From positions 62,001 through 126,000 of the forward strand of contig NIVC01001476.1 in the NCBI GenBank assembly GCA_002269645.1: a DNA stretch of 64,000 nt. Reading direction: 5' to 3'. The position numbers were made by a program, and so were the translations under genes. Of this stretch, positions 1-29,384 are shown in pieces. This DNA is from Macrostomum lignano (Eukaryota). Below the pieces are notes generated by a model, which saw only the letters and a list, made by a program, of their open reading frames with translations, ran no database searches and had not been told where the DNA came from. The number at the start of each line of letters is the position of its first letter. The stretch's first letter is position 1.

Positions 1-165
1 TCCCCAGATATCAAGCATTCCCCAGATAGCAAGCATCCCCCAGATAGCAAGCACCCCCAGATAGCACGCACCCCCAGATAGCAAGCATCCCTCAGATAGC
101 AAGCACCCCAGATAGAAAGAACCCCCAGATAGCAAGTATCTATCCTTAAATAGCAAGCATCCACC
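1..165. repeat. Tandem repeat, ~19-21-bp unit (CCCCAGATAGCAAGCA-like), truncated by window start
   Basis: Direct reading of repeated units. Confidence 0.85.
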
Positions 166-254
166 AGACAAAAAGTATATAGTGCAACATTTCCTTTTAG
201 CTTTCTAGGGGCTCCTTTATGATTGGCATGACGCTTCTTATTACGTTTAAAAAT

Positions 255-2420
255 GTCTCTCCTGTGTTTGAAATGGTGACTATTTTATGTTTGAATTGGT
301 GGCTTTTTAATGTTTGGCATGGTGACTCTTTAATGTTCTACATGGTGGCTCTTTAATGTTTGACATCGTGCCAGTTTTATGTTTGTCATGGTGGCTCCTT
401 AATGTTAGAAAGGGTGGCTCTTTAATGTTTGACATGGAGTCACATATATGTTTCACATGGTGGCTCTTCTATGTCTAACTTGGTAGCTCTTTTATGTTTG
501 ACATCGTGGCTCGTTAATGTTTGACATGGTGGCTCTTTAACGTTCGACATGGTGGCTCTTTAATGTTCGAAATGCTGGCTCTTTAATGTTTGACATGGTG
601 GCTCTTTAATGTTCAACATGGTGGCTCTTTATTGTTTGACATGGTGGCTTTTTAATGTTTGACATGGTGTCTCTTTAATGCTCGACATTGTGGCTCTTTA
701 ATGTTCTACATTGTGGCTCTTTAATTTTCTACATTGTTGCTCTTTAATGTTTGACATGGTGGCTTTTTAATGTTCTACATGGTGGTTCTTTAATGTTCTA
801 CATTGTGGCTCTTTAATGTTCTACATTGTGCTCTTTAATAATTGACATTGTGGCTCTTTAATGTTCTACATTGTGGCTCTTTGATGTTCGACATGGTGGC
901 TCTTAAATGTTCAACATGGTGGCTCTTTATTGTTTGACATGATGGCTTTTTAATGTTCGACATGGTGGCTCTTTACTGTTAGAAATGGTGGCTCTTTAAT
1001 GTTAGACATGGTGGCTCTTTAATGTTCTACATGGTGGTTCTTTAATGTTCTACACTGTGGCTCTTTAATGTTCTACATTGTGCTCTTTAATATTTGACAT
1101 TGTGGCTCTTTAATGTTCTACATTGTGGCTCTTTAATGTTCGACATGGTGGCTCTTAAATGTTCAACATGGTGGCTCTTTATTGTTTGACATGATGGCTT
1201 TTTAATGTTCGACATGGTGGCTCTTTACTGTTAGAAATGGTGGCTCTTTAATGTTCAACATGCTGGCTCTTTAATGTTTGACATGGTGGCTCTTTAATGT
1301 TCAACATGGTGGCTCTTTATTGTTTGACATGGTGGCTTTTTAATGTTTGACATGGTGTCTCTTTAATGCTTGACATTGTGGCTCTTTAATGTTCTACATT
1401 GTGGCTCTTTAATTTTCTACATTGTTGCTCTTTAATGTTTGACATGGTGGCTCTTTAATGTTCTACATGGTGGTTCTTTAATGTTCTACATTGTGGCTCT
1501 TTAATGTTCTACATTATGCTCTTTAATATTTGACATTGTGGCTCTTTAATGTTCTACATTGTGGCTCTTTAATGTTCGACATGGAGTCACATATATGCTC
1601 GACATGGTGGCTCTTTAATGTTTACATGGTGGCTCTTGAATTTTTGACATTGTAGCCTTTTAATGTTCGACATAGTGGCTCTTAAATGTTTGACATGGTG
1701 GCTCTATTATGTTTACATGGTGGCTCTTGAATTTTTGACATTGTAGCCTTTTAATGTTCGACATAATGGCTCTTTAATGTTCGACATGAAGTCACGTATA
1801 TGTTTGATATAGAGTCACATATATGTTTTACATAGTGGCTCTTTTATGTTTGACATGGTGGCTCTTTTATGTTTGAAATGGTGGCTCTTTAATGTTTGAC
1901 ATGGTGGCTCTTTAATGTTCGACATGGTGGCTCCTTTATGTTCGAGATTGTGGCTCTTTTATATTAGACATGGTGGCTCTTTAATGTTTGACATGGTGGC
2001 TCTTTTCTGTTTGACATGATGGCTCTTTTATGTTTGAAATGGTAGCTCTTTAATGTTTGATGTAATGGCTCTTTAATGTTCGACATGGAGTCACGTATAT
2101 GCTCGACATGGTGGCTCTTTAATGTTTGACATGGTGGCTCTTTAATGTTTGACATGGTGGCTCTAATATGTTTACATGGTGGCTCTTTAGTTTTTGACAT
2201 TGTGGCCCTTTAATGTTCAACATGGTGGCTCTTTAATGTTTGATATAGTGGCTCTTTAATGTTCGACATGGTGTCACGTATATGCTCAACATGGTGGCTC
2301 TTTAATGTTTGACATGGTGGCTCTATTATGTTTACATGGTGGCTCTTGAATTTTTGACATTGTGCCTCTTTAATGTTCGACATGGAGGCACGTATATGCT
2401 TGGCATGGTGGCCCTTTTAT
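255..2420. repeat. Minisatellite, ~23-bp unit ATGGTGGCTCTTTAATGTTTGAC
   Basis: About 90 diverged tandem copies with higher-order variant blocks. Confidence 0.95.
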
Positions 2421-2466
2421 GTTTAGCATTTTGTGTTTTGAAGGTTTTTTAACAAAAAAATTATTT

Positions 2467-2530
2467 TGCTCTACTAAGATTCGAACCCAGGTCACTACAT
2501 TAGCAGTCCAGTCTGCTCGCATCTAGGCTA
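2467..2530 (-). pseudogene. tRNA-derived relic or solo SINE head (Ser-GCT-like loop)
   Basis: Reverse strand TAGCCTAG...GGACTGCTAAT...GGGTTCGAATC: A-box-like start, Ser(GCT)-like anticodon loop and B box, but no complete cloverleaf. Confidence 0.4.
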
Positions 2531-2759
2531 TCTCTTTTCAATTGGAGAACATGAATTGTGGCCCTTATAATTCAATTCTTACAGCAAGGCAATTGGAGTT
2601 AAAAGTTATGACATAATCAATTTCTCAGTCAGCCAGTATCAGTCCCAATTTAAGTTAGCAATATGGTTACGCAATTGTGTCGTGTGTGCGTTTCTGTGGC
2701 ACTGTTTTCAACTTTTTGTGATGCAATCTTTATCACAATCGGAATTCAGCCAGTCAGTT

Positions 2760-2996
2760 TTTCTCTAACATTTTTACAATGCATTTCAAGTCAAAAATTT
2801 GGCTTGACCTTTGCATAAAAGCATGTTTTTCGAATATTTGATCCCTTTAAAATCGAGCCATTTCTTAGCCAAGATGCATGTACCGTCCCAGAAAAATTTC
2901 TGATCGAATGGTGCAAGTTTGAAGAAAATCGGTTAAGCCGTTTTTTCTGAAATCTATCTCACAGAGACACACATTTCATTTTTAGTATATAGGATA
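2760..2996 (+). mobile_element. Possible non-autonomous Helitron-like 3' end
   Basis: AAGTTTGAAGAAAATCGGTTAAGCCGTTT...GACACACATTTCATTTTTAGTATATAGGAT resembles my recollection of Lep1-type Helitron 3' ends. Resemblance only. Confidence 0.35.
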
Positions 2997-3466
2997 CTAG
3001 GCCAAGACATAGTTTTAGGCCTATTTTGAATATGGAATATATGCACTAAATTAGGCCTTATTAACCAGGCAGGCAATACAAAAAATTGTATTTGTTACAT
3101 CAAATTTGTTGAATAAATATAGAAAAGCATTTACTTTACGGAGCTTGTGTGCATCTTGCATGGCAGCTGTACACCCAGTGTTTAAAATTGCATGCATGGC
3201 AGCCATCTACTCCACTAACCTTGTAGGCCTTTTTAATTGCCTAGTAGGCAATTTTAATTGCATGCATGGCAACCATCTATCCAATGTTTAGATATCTTCC
3301 AGTTTGTTTTGCAATATTATTATCAAGTTTGAATTGGTGCTGCAATGTAATGATACGTTAGAAAATGATGTCTATTGCCTAAAGGGATGCAAAATAGCAC
3401 TGTACTGTTTTAAGATATTCTTATTTCATTGGCTATCTAAGGAATTTCTGTGGCGCCACTGGATTA

Positions 3467-4035
3467 CAGTCGTTTTGGTGACAAGACATTTCGGTGACAG
3501 TCCTTTCAGTGACAAGCAAAAGTCATTTCAGTGACAAGAAAAATACAATTTTAGTTATAGCCATTCTGTTTTTAAACAGTTAAGTATTTCTGTATTTAAT
3601 TTTATTTACAATTAGGCCTATAGAGTTGCAGTCTTTTGAATTATGTTTTCCAATTTAAACATGCAAAAGGGTCGATGAGTGAATATCTCCACCTTTCTCG
3701 TGGTCTGCATTTCATGAGGATTCTCTCTAGGTTTATGGTTTATGTGTCTGAACACTCTGGGACAATTCAAAACAATTTGCCCAGGAAGAAAACAATATAA
3801 TTAGTTTGCTTTCTTTTCTTAAATATATTCTTTCGACAAAACTTTTTAAATATAATACAAAACATAAATCTTAACAAAATAACTAGAACCAAATATTATG
3901 AAATGCCTCTTATTACTAAAATAACAATATTCATGAAATCTTTGATTTTTCATTGAAAATGAAGTGTCTATCACAATTGCAACTTGTCACCGAAACAACT
4001 ATTTGTCACCGAAATGTCTGTCACTGAAACGACTG
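3467..4035. mobile_element. MITE-like element with imperfect TIRs and subterminal GGTGACA repeats
   Basis: CAGTCGTTTTGGTGACAAGACATTTCGGTGACA at 3467 is mirrored by TGTCACCGAAATGTCTGTCACTGAAACGACTG ending at 4035. Confidence 0.55.
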
Positions 4036-6041
4036 GTACCCAAACCACTTATACCTTGGCATAGCATTTGGTGCTATGTTGCATTGGGTGTCGCATTAGG
4101 CCTATTATCCTCTATAACCAGATCCTCTGTTTTCTACCCTCCAACTATTACTGTTACTTGTCTGCTTCTATTTATATCTCTTTTGGGCGTAGGTATTGTT
4201 TTCTAATGTTTCACTATATTGATATACCATTTTAAACTAAAATAAACAAGCAAATAATATCACAAAACAAACTGGAAGATTGCCAAATTTTTTAATTGCA
4301 AACATGGTAGCTAGCTAGCAGATGAGCAATATTGCAAATACCAAATTGGATCCTTTCCCTCAAATCTGCATATTGCTACTCACAGAACTAATAATTTATT
4401 ACTTGTTTCATCTTATACAATGTAATCTCAATTTCTTGCAAATCTCTTTGTATTCTTGAGCATCTTTGCATTTCTACTTTTTTGCAAAGCCAACAGATTT
4501 TTTACTAGCCAACTATTGATATATCTGTATCTATAGTTGTTTTTTATAATTTTAATGAATAAGGGCAACAACACCTTGTGGGTGCTTAATAGAAATGAAT
4601 TGCATCTAGCTAGCAAGAATCAACTTGCCCCACTAACTAAGGCTAAAAAGGAAGATCAACCTGCTAAGGTGGCAAATGATAATCACCAAAATCTGCCTAC
4701 TAGTCTGCTTGACAACCCTTGCAATGCCAAACTAGTTGTTGGCAGTTGTTGCAATAGAAGTATCTTGCCTGCTATTCACTGTAATACAGATCACTTGTGA
4801 TTATAAGACCTGTAAAAGCATCATACCTTCTTGGATATGCATCCTATAAATGAAGATTAACTTCTATCTATACAACCTTCCTTGTCACCTTGTTGCTCCC
4901 GCCATTGTTCATTTTGCATCCTTATTCACACATTTTTATTCCTGGCTCTATTTAAGATAGGCCATGATATAGTATGGCTAGCAAGTCCCATTAGCCAAGT
5001 AAGAGTTTTTTTATATTTTGCTTTACTAGGTTTCCTAATATCTAAAAAACAAAATAACTAAATTGTTAATTGTTCCATAACTAGAAAAATAATAAATATT
5101 GCTATCACTTTGTCTTAATAGTTATAGTTTCATTTGATTGCTTAACATATACATGTAGTGCCATGGAAATGAGTAGATTCTATGAAAAGGCACTGTAAAT
5201 GATTAAGTCAGTAGCTCTGGCCCACTGATTCTAATTAAGAATAGTAATAACTCAATATTTTTACAACCAATACCCATGCCTTAGCCTTGTCTGTTGCTAT
5301 AGAATTTCGCACTTATTCTTTTAGGTTTCCATATCTGCTTGATTTTTTTCTATCTATCATAGTCTTTTTGAATGGTAGGATGACCTGCCAATTGAACTGC
5401 AAATAGCCTTTTAAATACTCCTGTCTTGTCTTATTTGACTAAAATTAGGGCATTTAGTAAATGTTTTCTGTGACAACTTTTATTGGGGAAGTCTAGAACA
5501 AAATACAGTAGTTGTTAAATGTTTAAATGGTTATTTTGGTAAGTAACCTTATTCACATGTCAAAGCAGTATTTAAAGCAGCTAATTTGGCAGCTGACTGC
5601 CTAATTGAATAAAAATTTTTTTGTTTCTTTGATACTTAAGTATTCTATTTGCAATTAGTCATTGTGTGGTATAAAAAGCTCATTTCAAAACTTTTATAAA
5701 TGCAGACAACCATTACAAGTTTGTACAAGCTGTTTATAAAAGTTTAAATCAGCAATGGAAGCATTTCTTTTTTTGTTTTAATATGAGCTATATGTGATAA
5801 TTTGCTTAATTATCACAATTATCTCATTTCCTAACTGTCAATGAAGCTTAATGTTTATCACTTTTTGACTTCTATTAATAATTTTTCCAAATTTGACTTA
5901 GCAGCTTCTATTATGTGAAAGATGAATAGAAGACACAGCATTTTGTTATTGCTAGTCCAAAATAGAAATAGATAGTAATGTTAGATAGAGTTGCAAATAT
6001 TGCATATCGCAAAAGCCTAGATAATAAAATAATTACAATTA

Positions 6042-7660
6042 ATGGCTTCCGCCTTTGCCTGTCGTTTGCGGCAGAGCCTTCTTGGCCGGCTGCCAGGCCT
6101 GTCCAATGCTCGCCGGCTTCTGTCGGCTCCGCCATCTGGCATGCCGCCCGACGATGAGAAGCCAATGTTCCCCGGCTCGCGGTCGAGCTTTACCACCCAG
6201 CTGGACTTTATCCATCCGGAGAACTTCGAAGGAATTCCCGTTTATAGATTAGTGAACCGACGCGGCGATCTAGTTGATGGAGCGCCGGAACCTACTCTGG
6301 CTGGCAACAAAGACCTGTGCCTGCAAGTGTACGAGACAATGCTCCAGCTTAATATTATGGATAAGATTCTGTACGATTCACAGAGACAGGGTCGGATCAG
6401 CTTCTACATGACCAGCTTTGGCGAGGAAGGCATTGTTGCCAATGCGGCCGCTCTTAATCCAAACGATCTTGTGTTCTGCCAATACCGCGAATCCGGCGTT
6501 CTCATGCAGCGCGGCATGGAGCTGGAACGCTTCATGGACCAGTGCTACTCTAACGATAGCGATATAAACAGGGGCCGTCAGATGCCAGTTCACTATGGCA
6601 GCAAAGATCACAGCTTTGTGACCGTGTCTTCTCCGCTGGCTACCCAAATGCCGCAGGCTAGCGGGGCCGCCTACGCGTTCAAACGGATGCAGAACGGCCT
6701 GTGCGTTGTTTGCTACTTTGGCGACGGCTCAGCGTCGGAGGGCGACGCGCATGCCGCTTTGAACTTTGCCGCCACGCTAGACTGCCCCGTAATGTTTGTC
6801 TGCCGAAATAACGGCTACGCAATATCTACGCCTACGTCTGATCAATATCGCGGCGATGGTATAGCGATTCGGGGCCCGGCATTTGGCATACCGACTGTTC
6901 GAGTCGATGGCAACGATGTGTTCGCTCTGTACGAGGTGACTCAACAGGCCAGACAGCTGTGCTTAACTGAGATGCGGCCGACTCTAATTGAGATGATGAC
7001 TTATCGATTGGGGCATCACAGCACGTCGGATGACAGCTCGGCTTATCGGTGAGTTTTTGCTTTAGCTGTCGCGCGTTAATACTGCAGAGTATTGTACTGT
7101 TGCCTACCTAATTGGAGCAGTGCCGAACAGGGGGGGGGGGGTTGACCAGTCTTTGGGCACTGCAGCAAACTTCCTGTCAGTGAACTCTTACTCGCTGTAA
7201 GTCCTTTGAATTTTGGTATCTCAGCATTGCTCAGATCGGACTGGGTGTAAACACATAGACTTTATGCACCATGGAATGGGTGTGCTGATTTGAAAATATA
7301 AATTCGTGATTCGACTGGCTATTTCTCTATTTTCCTTACAGTTCCGTTGACGAGTTAAGCTTCTGGGATCGGGAAGATAATCCGATAATTAGGATGAGAA
7401 AATTTCTCACCAAACGCGGCTGGTGGAGCGACGAACAGGAGACGGCGACTAAGCAAGCGATTAGAAAACGGGTGCTGCAGAAATTTGCCCAAGCCGAGAA
7501 GCGATTGAAGCCGAATCCTATGGAGATGTTTAGTGACGTCTGGGCTCGAATGCCGCCGAGGCTGCGCCAACAGATGGAGGATACTAGGCGCCATCTGGAG
7601 GCTGAGACCAGCCACTATCCGGAGTTAAAGAACTATAAACCTGTAGCTGATGTTGAGTAG
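6042..7660 (+). CDS. BCKDHA: Branched-chain alpha-keto acid dehydrogenase E1 alpha subunit
   Basis: Exons 6042-7048 and 7342-7660 (GT..AG intron 7049-7341). TPP motif GDGSASEGD...NNGYAIS and phosphorylation loop [17 protein letters not shown]. Mitochondrial presequence-like N-terminus. Confidence 0.96.
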
Positions 7661-7839
7661 ACTATTATGTAATAGCCACGCTTCTAACTGACTGATCAAT
7701 AATCGTAGAACTAATTAATTTATGTAACAGGTCTTGTCTTCACCCCTCCCACTAAGCTTAAAGTAAATAGGGCGAATTGGGCCATCATTGTGATCCTGTA
7801 CTATAAGTCAACTGGCTTACAGATTCACACTATGTAAAT

Positions 7840-8130
7840 GGGACAGGGCAGCTCAGCAGTAAATTACGCGCCTGACTCGCGCGCCACGACCCCTTGGTTC
7901 GATTCCGTGTGCGGCTACAATGATTTTTAGATCGTGCGAGTCCCATCCATAAGGGCCAGCCCCCAAGGCACTGAGAGTGTACATGCCTGACGATTAGACA
8001 GTCAGGACGGCTGTACACCCTGTGTGAGCGTGCGTACGAGTGCGTGCCTGCGTCAGCGGACTGGGCAGTTGCCTCAGCGCTGGAGTGTGGAACAATTTTG
8101 CCAAAGGCGTTGCACCAGGGTGCCCGTAAT
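7840..8130 (+). mobile_element. tRNA-headed SINE, family B
   Basis: B box GGTTCGATTCC. Body CCCCCAAGGCAC..GAGTGTACATGCCTGACGAT is shared with copies at 9590, 9944, 30006 and 38005. Confidence 0.7.
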
Positions 8131-8671
8131 CCTCTTGCAAATATTAATTAATTCACACTTATTGGATCAATTTAAGTTCTCCGTGTGTGCAGTCATTTTG
8201 ACGCAGTCCAGTTGCTCGTGTTTCTCAATCCAGACCATATTTCAAGCCGTGTTGTGTACAGTTTGCATTAATCAACTTCGAAAATGGAATATGCAACCAA
8301 TTGTTTTTGAGTCTCAGGCTTGTCAATTACGGTTAATTTCTTTTCCAAGTTGTTTATCTTAATTTGTAGTAAAAGTTCTATATACTCGTATATTAAGTTT
8401 CTGTTCAATTTATTACGCAGGGTACGTAGGCGATTAGAAATGTACTTCCAAATACAGTCATTGCGTTCCGAGTAAATCCTTATTGGTTGCCTATAATTTG
8501 TATTTGTTATGCGTATTCCGCGTAAAACTGTTCCTCATTCAACTCTATAGAAGATGTTTTTCTCATTCATGCTACTTTGCCAGAAAGATATAAAGTAGTA
8601 TTGTTAGCGTTCCAACAATTGTATTAAGAATTGTTGGCATTTTGTCTCTTGTGTTTTTCCACTGGATACAG

Positions 8672-8840
8672 CAGGGATCGGTAAACCTTTTTTGTTGGTT
8701 TTTGCTGCAGGCCAGGTACAAGAGGAAAATAGAGGGAAGAGGGGAGAAAAAAAGGCAAGGAGATGAGAATAGGTATATAAACCTTAAGCGGGCCGGATTG
8801 CTTTTGTGAAGTTTCAAGGGACACGGATAGAGAGATAACC
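8672..8840 (+). mobile_element. hAT-type MITE (GA-tract family), truncated at right end
   Basis: Starts CAGGGATCGGTAAAC. Segment 8770-8835 is the reverse complement of 25105-25180. Confidence 0.6.
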
Positions 8841-8903
8841 CATCGATTACAGTCATCACAGAAAATTTATTTATCGCCCATAAGCTTGTAGATTTCACAA
8901 TGA

Positions 8904-10964
<2,061 letters not shown>

Positions 10965-10977
10965 CTGTTCTGTATAA

Positions 10978-11323
10978 CAGGGGTTGGAAAAATTTTTACC
11001 TCAAGGGCGATAGGGGGGAGATAGGAGACGGAATAAAAAAGAGATGAGAGATGAGATAAGAGACAAGAGAAGGGAGAGGATAGAGGAGAGGAGAAGAGAG
11101 AAGAGATAAAGGACAAAAAAGAGTGAGGAGAGAAGAAGAGAGAAGAGGAGGAAGATAAGATGAGAGGAGGGAGAGAAGAGGAGGGGAGGAGAGAAGAGAA
11201 GAGGAGGAAGATGAGATGAGAGGAGGGAGAGGAGGGGGAGGAGAGAAGAGAAGAGGAAGAAGATTAGATAAGAGGAGGGAGAGAAGAGAAGGAAGCCCGC
11301 TGTCGGAGTGTTGCCGACCCCTG
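10978..11323 (+). mobile_element. hAT-type MITE containing a GA-rich tract
   Basis: TIRs CAGGGGTTGGAAAA and TGTTGCCGACCCCTG. Internal purine tract ~11030-11295. TSD only weakly preserved. Confidence 0.7.
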
Positions 11324-11734
11324 TTTTATTAAAGCAGGGCTGCAGGACTATTGTCATTATTTAACTTAAATCTGAACTAAGCATGTATTAACGGACTGCT
11401 TCTTAGTAGCAATCAACTGGTTTTTGTTGTGCTAGCATCTCAAATTTTAAATTACCTGCTATACTTTTTTACTAATACGTATAAATACGGCATTTCTAAT
11501 TGACTCGGTGTTCAATTGCGGCAGTTATTTTAAGATGCGGCTTATTTTTGTATCACAGTTTACTCGATCTCGGTGAACTAATTTTTAAAACATCGCGTGC
11601 TAAATTTAATAAAGGACAAAGAATTTAGTAGTGTTTTTAAATACTACACTAAATAAACCGACTGACGTATCATACGGTTGAAAGTTAATACTTCTTAAGG
11701 CGCTGTGTTGTGAATCCTGTTGGAATTTCTTTGA

Positions 11735-12759
<1,025 letters not shown>

Positions 12760-13537
12760 TTTTACTTGTAATTCAGAACGGCTTTACAATTATTTACTAT
12801 TTTTATTACTATTAGTAGTTTTGAACCTCCGGTTTATACTGCACGATAATTATTGTTGATGACGAATCTCTACGGTACAGCGAAATGTAATAATGCTAGG
12901 GCACGCTTCATCCAGTGCATCTGCACCATAAATGATGCACCATATGCACTGACTGTAATGACGAGCTGTCTATTTTTCTAAGCACCCCTTTTCTGTCAAT
13001 CGCATTTTTTGTCAGCTGATCAAGTAGTTAATTTGTCCAGCTTATGGCGCATTTTGTCTCTATATAATTTCTACTGCAATGATTTATAAGCAACAATAAT
13101 ATGCCCTTAGTAAAGTACATGCACAAATAAAGCTTGATAATGTAAGCCCATAACTATAATTATTATTTGGTATTTTTTCGTCTTAGTAAACAATAATAAA
13201 ATGTCAAATTATCGTACTTCTAATACAAAACAATGAGTTTATGTTCAATATTTTCTTTCATTTTTCGTCTAGCTAGGGTCGTCACAATGCTTTGAAAAGA
13301 GTTCAGGAAAAGGCTAGTTTATTAACATTATAATGACAATGACAATTGGTTAAATTGGAAACTGCGGTTGCTGTGCTAGTTAAGCAGAGTTGGCTCTGGA
13401 TAGTACGCGACTGAATAGGCTTGTCACCAATCAAAGGAGGCGCCGTGTGACAGCAAGTGATGAATTTAGCTTGCCTCGATCTTGTATAATATTATAAAAG
13501 TATTAATTAAACCGGTGTCCCGCTGAGTGGCCAGCAA

Positions 13538-14107
13538 ATGTCCGGGCCTAGCGGTGAATTCCCGCTACCGGCTGTGGCCGAGCGCATGAACAATCCCCGC
13601 AATCCTGTCGTATTCTTCGACATCACAGTCGGCGGCCAAGAGATCGGCCGGATGCAGTTCGAACTATTTGCCGATGTTGTACCAAAAACTGCCGAAAATT
13701 TTCGCCAATTTTGTACCGGCGAGTTTTGCAAAGACGGCGTGCCGTTAGGCTACAAAGGCTCGGCTTTTCATCGCGTTATTAAAGGCTTCATGGCTCAGGG
13801 CGGCGATTTTATTAATGGCGACGGTACGGGCGTTTGCAGCATCTATGGCGGCCCGTTCGGTGACGAGAACTTCAGCTGCACGCACTCGTGCGCCGGCATG
13901 CTGTCTATGGCCAATTCTGGTCCGCATAGCAACGGCTGCCAGTTCTTCATCACCTGCGACTCTTGCGACTTTCTCGACAAGAAGCACGTGGTATTTGGCC
14001 AGCTAGTTGATGGGCAGCTGGTGTTGAGAAAGATTGAGAATGTGCCAATTGGAGCTAATAATAAGCCGAAAGTTCCTGTGCTGATTTCTCAGTGCGGTGA
14101 AATGTAA
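13538..14107 (+). CDS. PPIH: Peptidyl-prolyl cis-trans isomerase H (U4/U6 snRNP cyclophilin), intronless
   Basis: [46 protein letters not shown] and the C-terminal SQCGEM are diagnostic of cyclophilin H. Confidence 0.95.
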   Translation: MSGPSGEFPLPAVAERMNNPRNPVVFFDITVGGQEIGRMQFELFADVVPKTAENFRQFCTGEFCKDGVPLGYKGSAFHRVIKGFMAQGGDFINGDGTGVCSIYGGPFGDENFSCTHSCAGMLSMANSGPHSNGCQFFITCDSCDFLDKKHVVFGQLVDGQLVLRKIENVPIGANNKPKVPVLISQCGEM

Positions 14108-14659
14108 CGCTGCCTGTCTATAGTTTATTCAGTTTCCATTGCATTTTCAACTTTCGTAATATTGTTAACTTAAACTCTAAATTAAAAGTTTTGGGGTTCA
14201 AATAGTTGTGCTTATCTTAACTTGCGTGCATTTTGGTTATTGCTATTAATATTGCAGAGTGAAAGACCAGACAAATATAAAAGTACTATAAAACATGCTC
14301 ACTTGTTATTCTTTTGTTTTACCTTTCCTCGAAAATTCCTAGTTTGATACTTAAGTGCATTATTAGCGTGGTCTGTTTAAATTGCCTAGCTGCTGCATAG
14401 TAAACAGCGCCTTTTTCTACATAATGGAAGCTGTTTAAACAAAAAGATAATAAATCAATAAGCTTAACTAGCTAAGCTAGGGAAATTTTAGTCAATCCAG
14501 CTCCCCCGCAACGTTTCAGAAAATCTGTGTTAAGCAAGCAGCTAAACTACGTTAATTTCATTGTTACTTTCACTTGGGCACAAAATTCAACATCGTATAT
14601 ATAGCCAGGGTGTTACAGTTCTTTGAAAGTTCCTACCGTAATAATAACAGTAATAACAA

Positions 14660-14918
14660 CCAACGGCTCAGCGCAGCTATTGCGCGGCATCTGAAGGCTG
14701 CGTACGACTGTTTAGTCTAAGGCCTGGGTCGCCATACACACCCCCTTAACTACTCCAGCTAATGCTGGCGCCCATTTTACAGCTAGAGCATGAACTGAAG
14801 CAATGCATATCGAGTTAGGTGTCTTGCTCAAGGTCAAATTGTTCCTAGTGGGTGGAGAATCGAATCCCCGACCTTTCAGTCGTGAGTCGACGCTCTAACC
14901 ACTAGGCTACAACCTCTC
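14660..14918 (-). mobile_element. CORE-type tRNA SINE, family A
   Basis: Reverse strand has a tRNA head, CCTTGAGCAAGACACCTAAC...GCTGTAAAATGGG, and the same tail as 52861 and 62497. Confidence 0.8.
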
Positions 14919-15648
14919 CTGTCATATAAATAATGAATTCGTGCTCCTCTTTCTATGAAACTCATGTCAGTTTTGAAGAGTTTATTCTGCTTGTAAGCGA
15001 GACCAAGATTTTAAAAATAGTAAGCAAGATCTTGCCCTATGCTTGTATCGTATACGAGTAATAGGATAAAGCATATAAGATATAACGTATGCAATGAATG
15101 GCCCAGTCTTCAGATAGACAAAACTCCCTCTTCTCGGCCAGAAAGGCTTTGCATAGCAGAGAGTACAGTTTATTTAGCTTTCGTCGTGCTATCTCAGCCA
15201 CTATTTGTCAGCTGGTATTTTTGATACATAGCTTTGAGAGTCATGCTATCTCAGCCTTGGATAGGCAAAATTGTAAATTCATGGCCGCTGAGTATGCTTG
15301 TCCTAGGCTGTCAGTTCTAAATGTATGGCCAGACTTTTTTTCTCCAGACTTAAAACCACAGCAAACAAATCTTGTGGCAGTGATAGTCTATGGCCAGCCC
15401 TGCTGACCAACCTGGCACGAACAGGTTTTATCTTCCAGTCTTGAGCGGGAAGAGGTTTTTATAAAGTTCGTATCGGGGAAATCTTTCAAGTTTTTTGGCA
15501 TCTTTACCGTATAAATTTTTTAGATGAGCGTTGCATCATGTGACATGTCCTCTGATTGTGCGCTATCTCAAAAGTATGTCTTTAAAAACCGCTACGCTTT
15601 CATTTTTCAGCTGCTTAATTGCTGCATTTAAGTTTTTTTAAAATTACC

Positions 15649-27981
<12,333 letters not shown>

Positions 27982-28059
27982 GCAATATGGATTGGAAAAA
28001 ACTATTAAAACTTTTTTAGAACATCTGACAGTTTTGTTGTCTGTTTGTCTGTTTGTCTA

Positions 28060-28446
<387 letters not shown>

Positions 28447-28816
28447 TTATCAAATTTTAAATTTGCGCATCTAGTCTTTAGTTTTAATAAGAGCATAAGT
28501 TTAACGCAAAGCATTTAAAAATTAAGTGAAAACACAGTTATTTCTATACAGTGCTTCCATTTGGTATTTGATGACTTAATAGTCTAAATAATAATTGTTG
28601 TGTCTTATAAGCTGTCTTTGTCTGTATTGCAAATTTCAATGCCCAATCCCATACTTTGTTTTCATACTGCGCTAACTTTCCTATACACATCTTTCCTAAC
28701 TCAGCTAACTAGCTTAATAACTGATTCATCATGCTAATTATGTCTAGTTGTCACGGCGGTTATAATATGCATTACAGTAATACAGTCTGTACATTTGCGA
28801 TTCCGTTAGTCTGTTG

Positions 28817-29199
28817 CACAGATTCTAAAAACGCTAGAAAGTGCGTCAATTCAATATGAAAAGTGGTCACTTTCTTCGCTCGAATCCACACATATAGAAT
28901 GTCGGTTTCGCCTCAAGATATGTTCTGCATATTCAGGTATTATAAACACTATCGTGTTCAATTGAAGCATTTTCCACTGAGTGACGCGATTGCAACAAAC
29001 TGGCTCCAGGCACTTCGAGGATGACGTTATTTCTCAAGTGGTTTCAATATAACTTCATGCTCATTAGATTTTCCGCAAGTTTCGATTCTGCAACAGTGAG
29101 GGGTTAACATGTGAACCGGCATTCTATGTGTGGAATCGAGCGAAACAGTGACCAATGTTTTATATTGAGTTGACGCATCTAGTGTTTGTGAATCTGTGT
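28817..29199. mobile_element. MITE-like element with ~85-bp imperfect inverted arms
   Basis: 28817-28907 aligns to the reverse complement of 29114-29199 (TGCGTCAA.TCAATAT...TCGCTCGA.TCCACACA..TAGAATG.CGGTT). Confidence 0.65.
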
Positions 29200-29384
29200 G
29201 TGTGGTCTGTTGTAAGTAACAACAGCAGCATTCTCTTTGTTTTAAACAAGTGGTAATAAAATTTCAAAAAAACGCTTTGCACTGATGTTTGGTTGATATT
29301 ATTGTCATTTTTTTATTTCACATTTTTAGTACAGAACTCATTGGAGTTTATCAAATGTATTAATTTCTCTGTTGCAAAATTAAT

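Noticed and set aside
4760-4855. Possible decayed C2H2 zinc-finger exon (CDYKT...H)
   Set aside because: Needs several frameshifts and lacks splice support. Not distinguishable from chance.
11001-11357. Leu/Ser-rich or Arg/Glu-rich ORFs here and at 25060-25530 and 63325-63891
   Set aside because: Translations of GA/CT microsatellite tracts inside MITEs.
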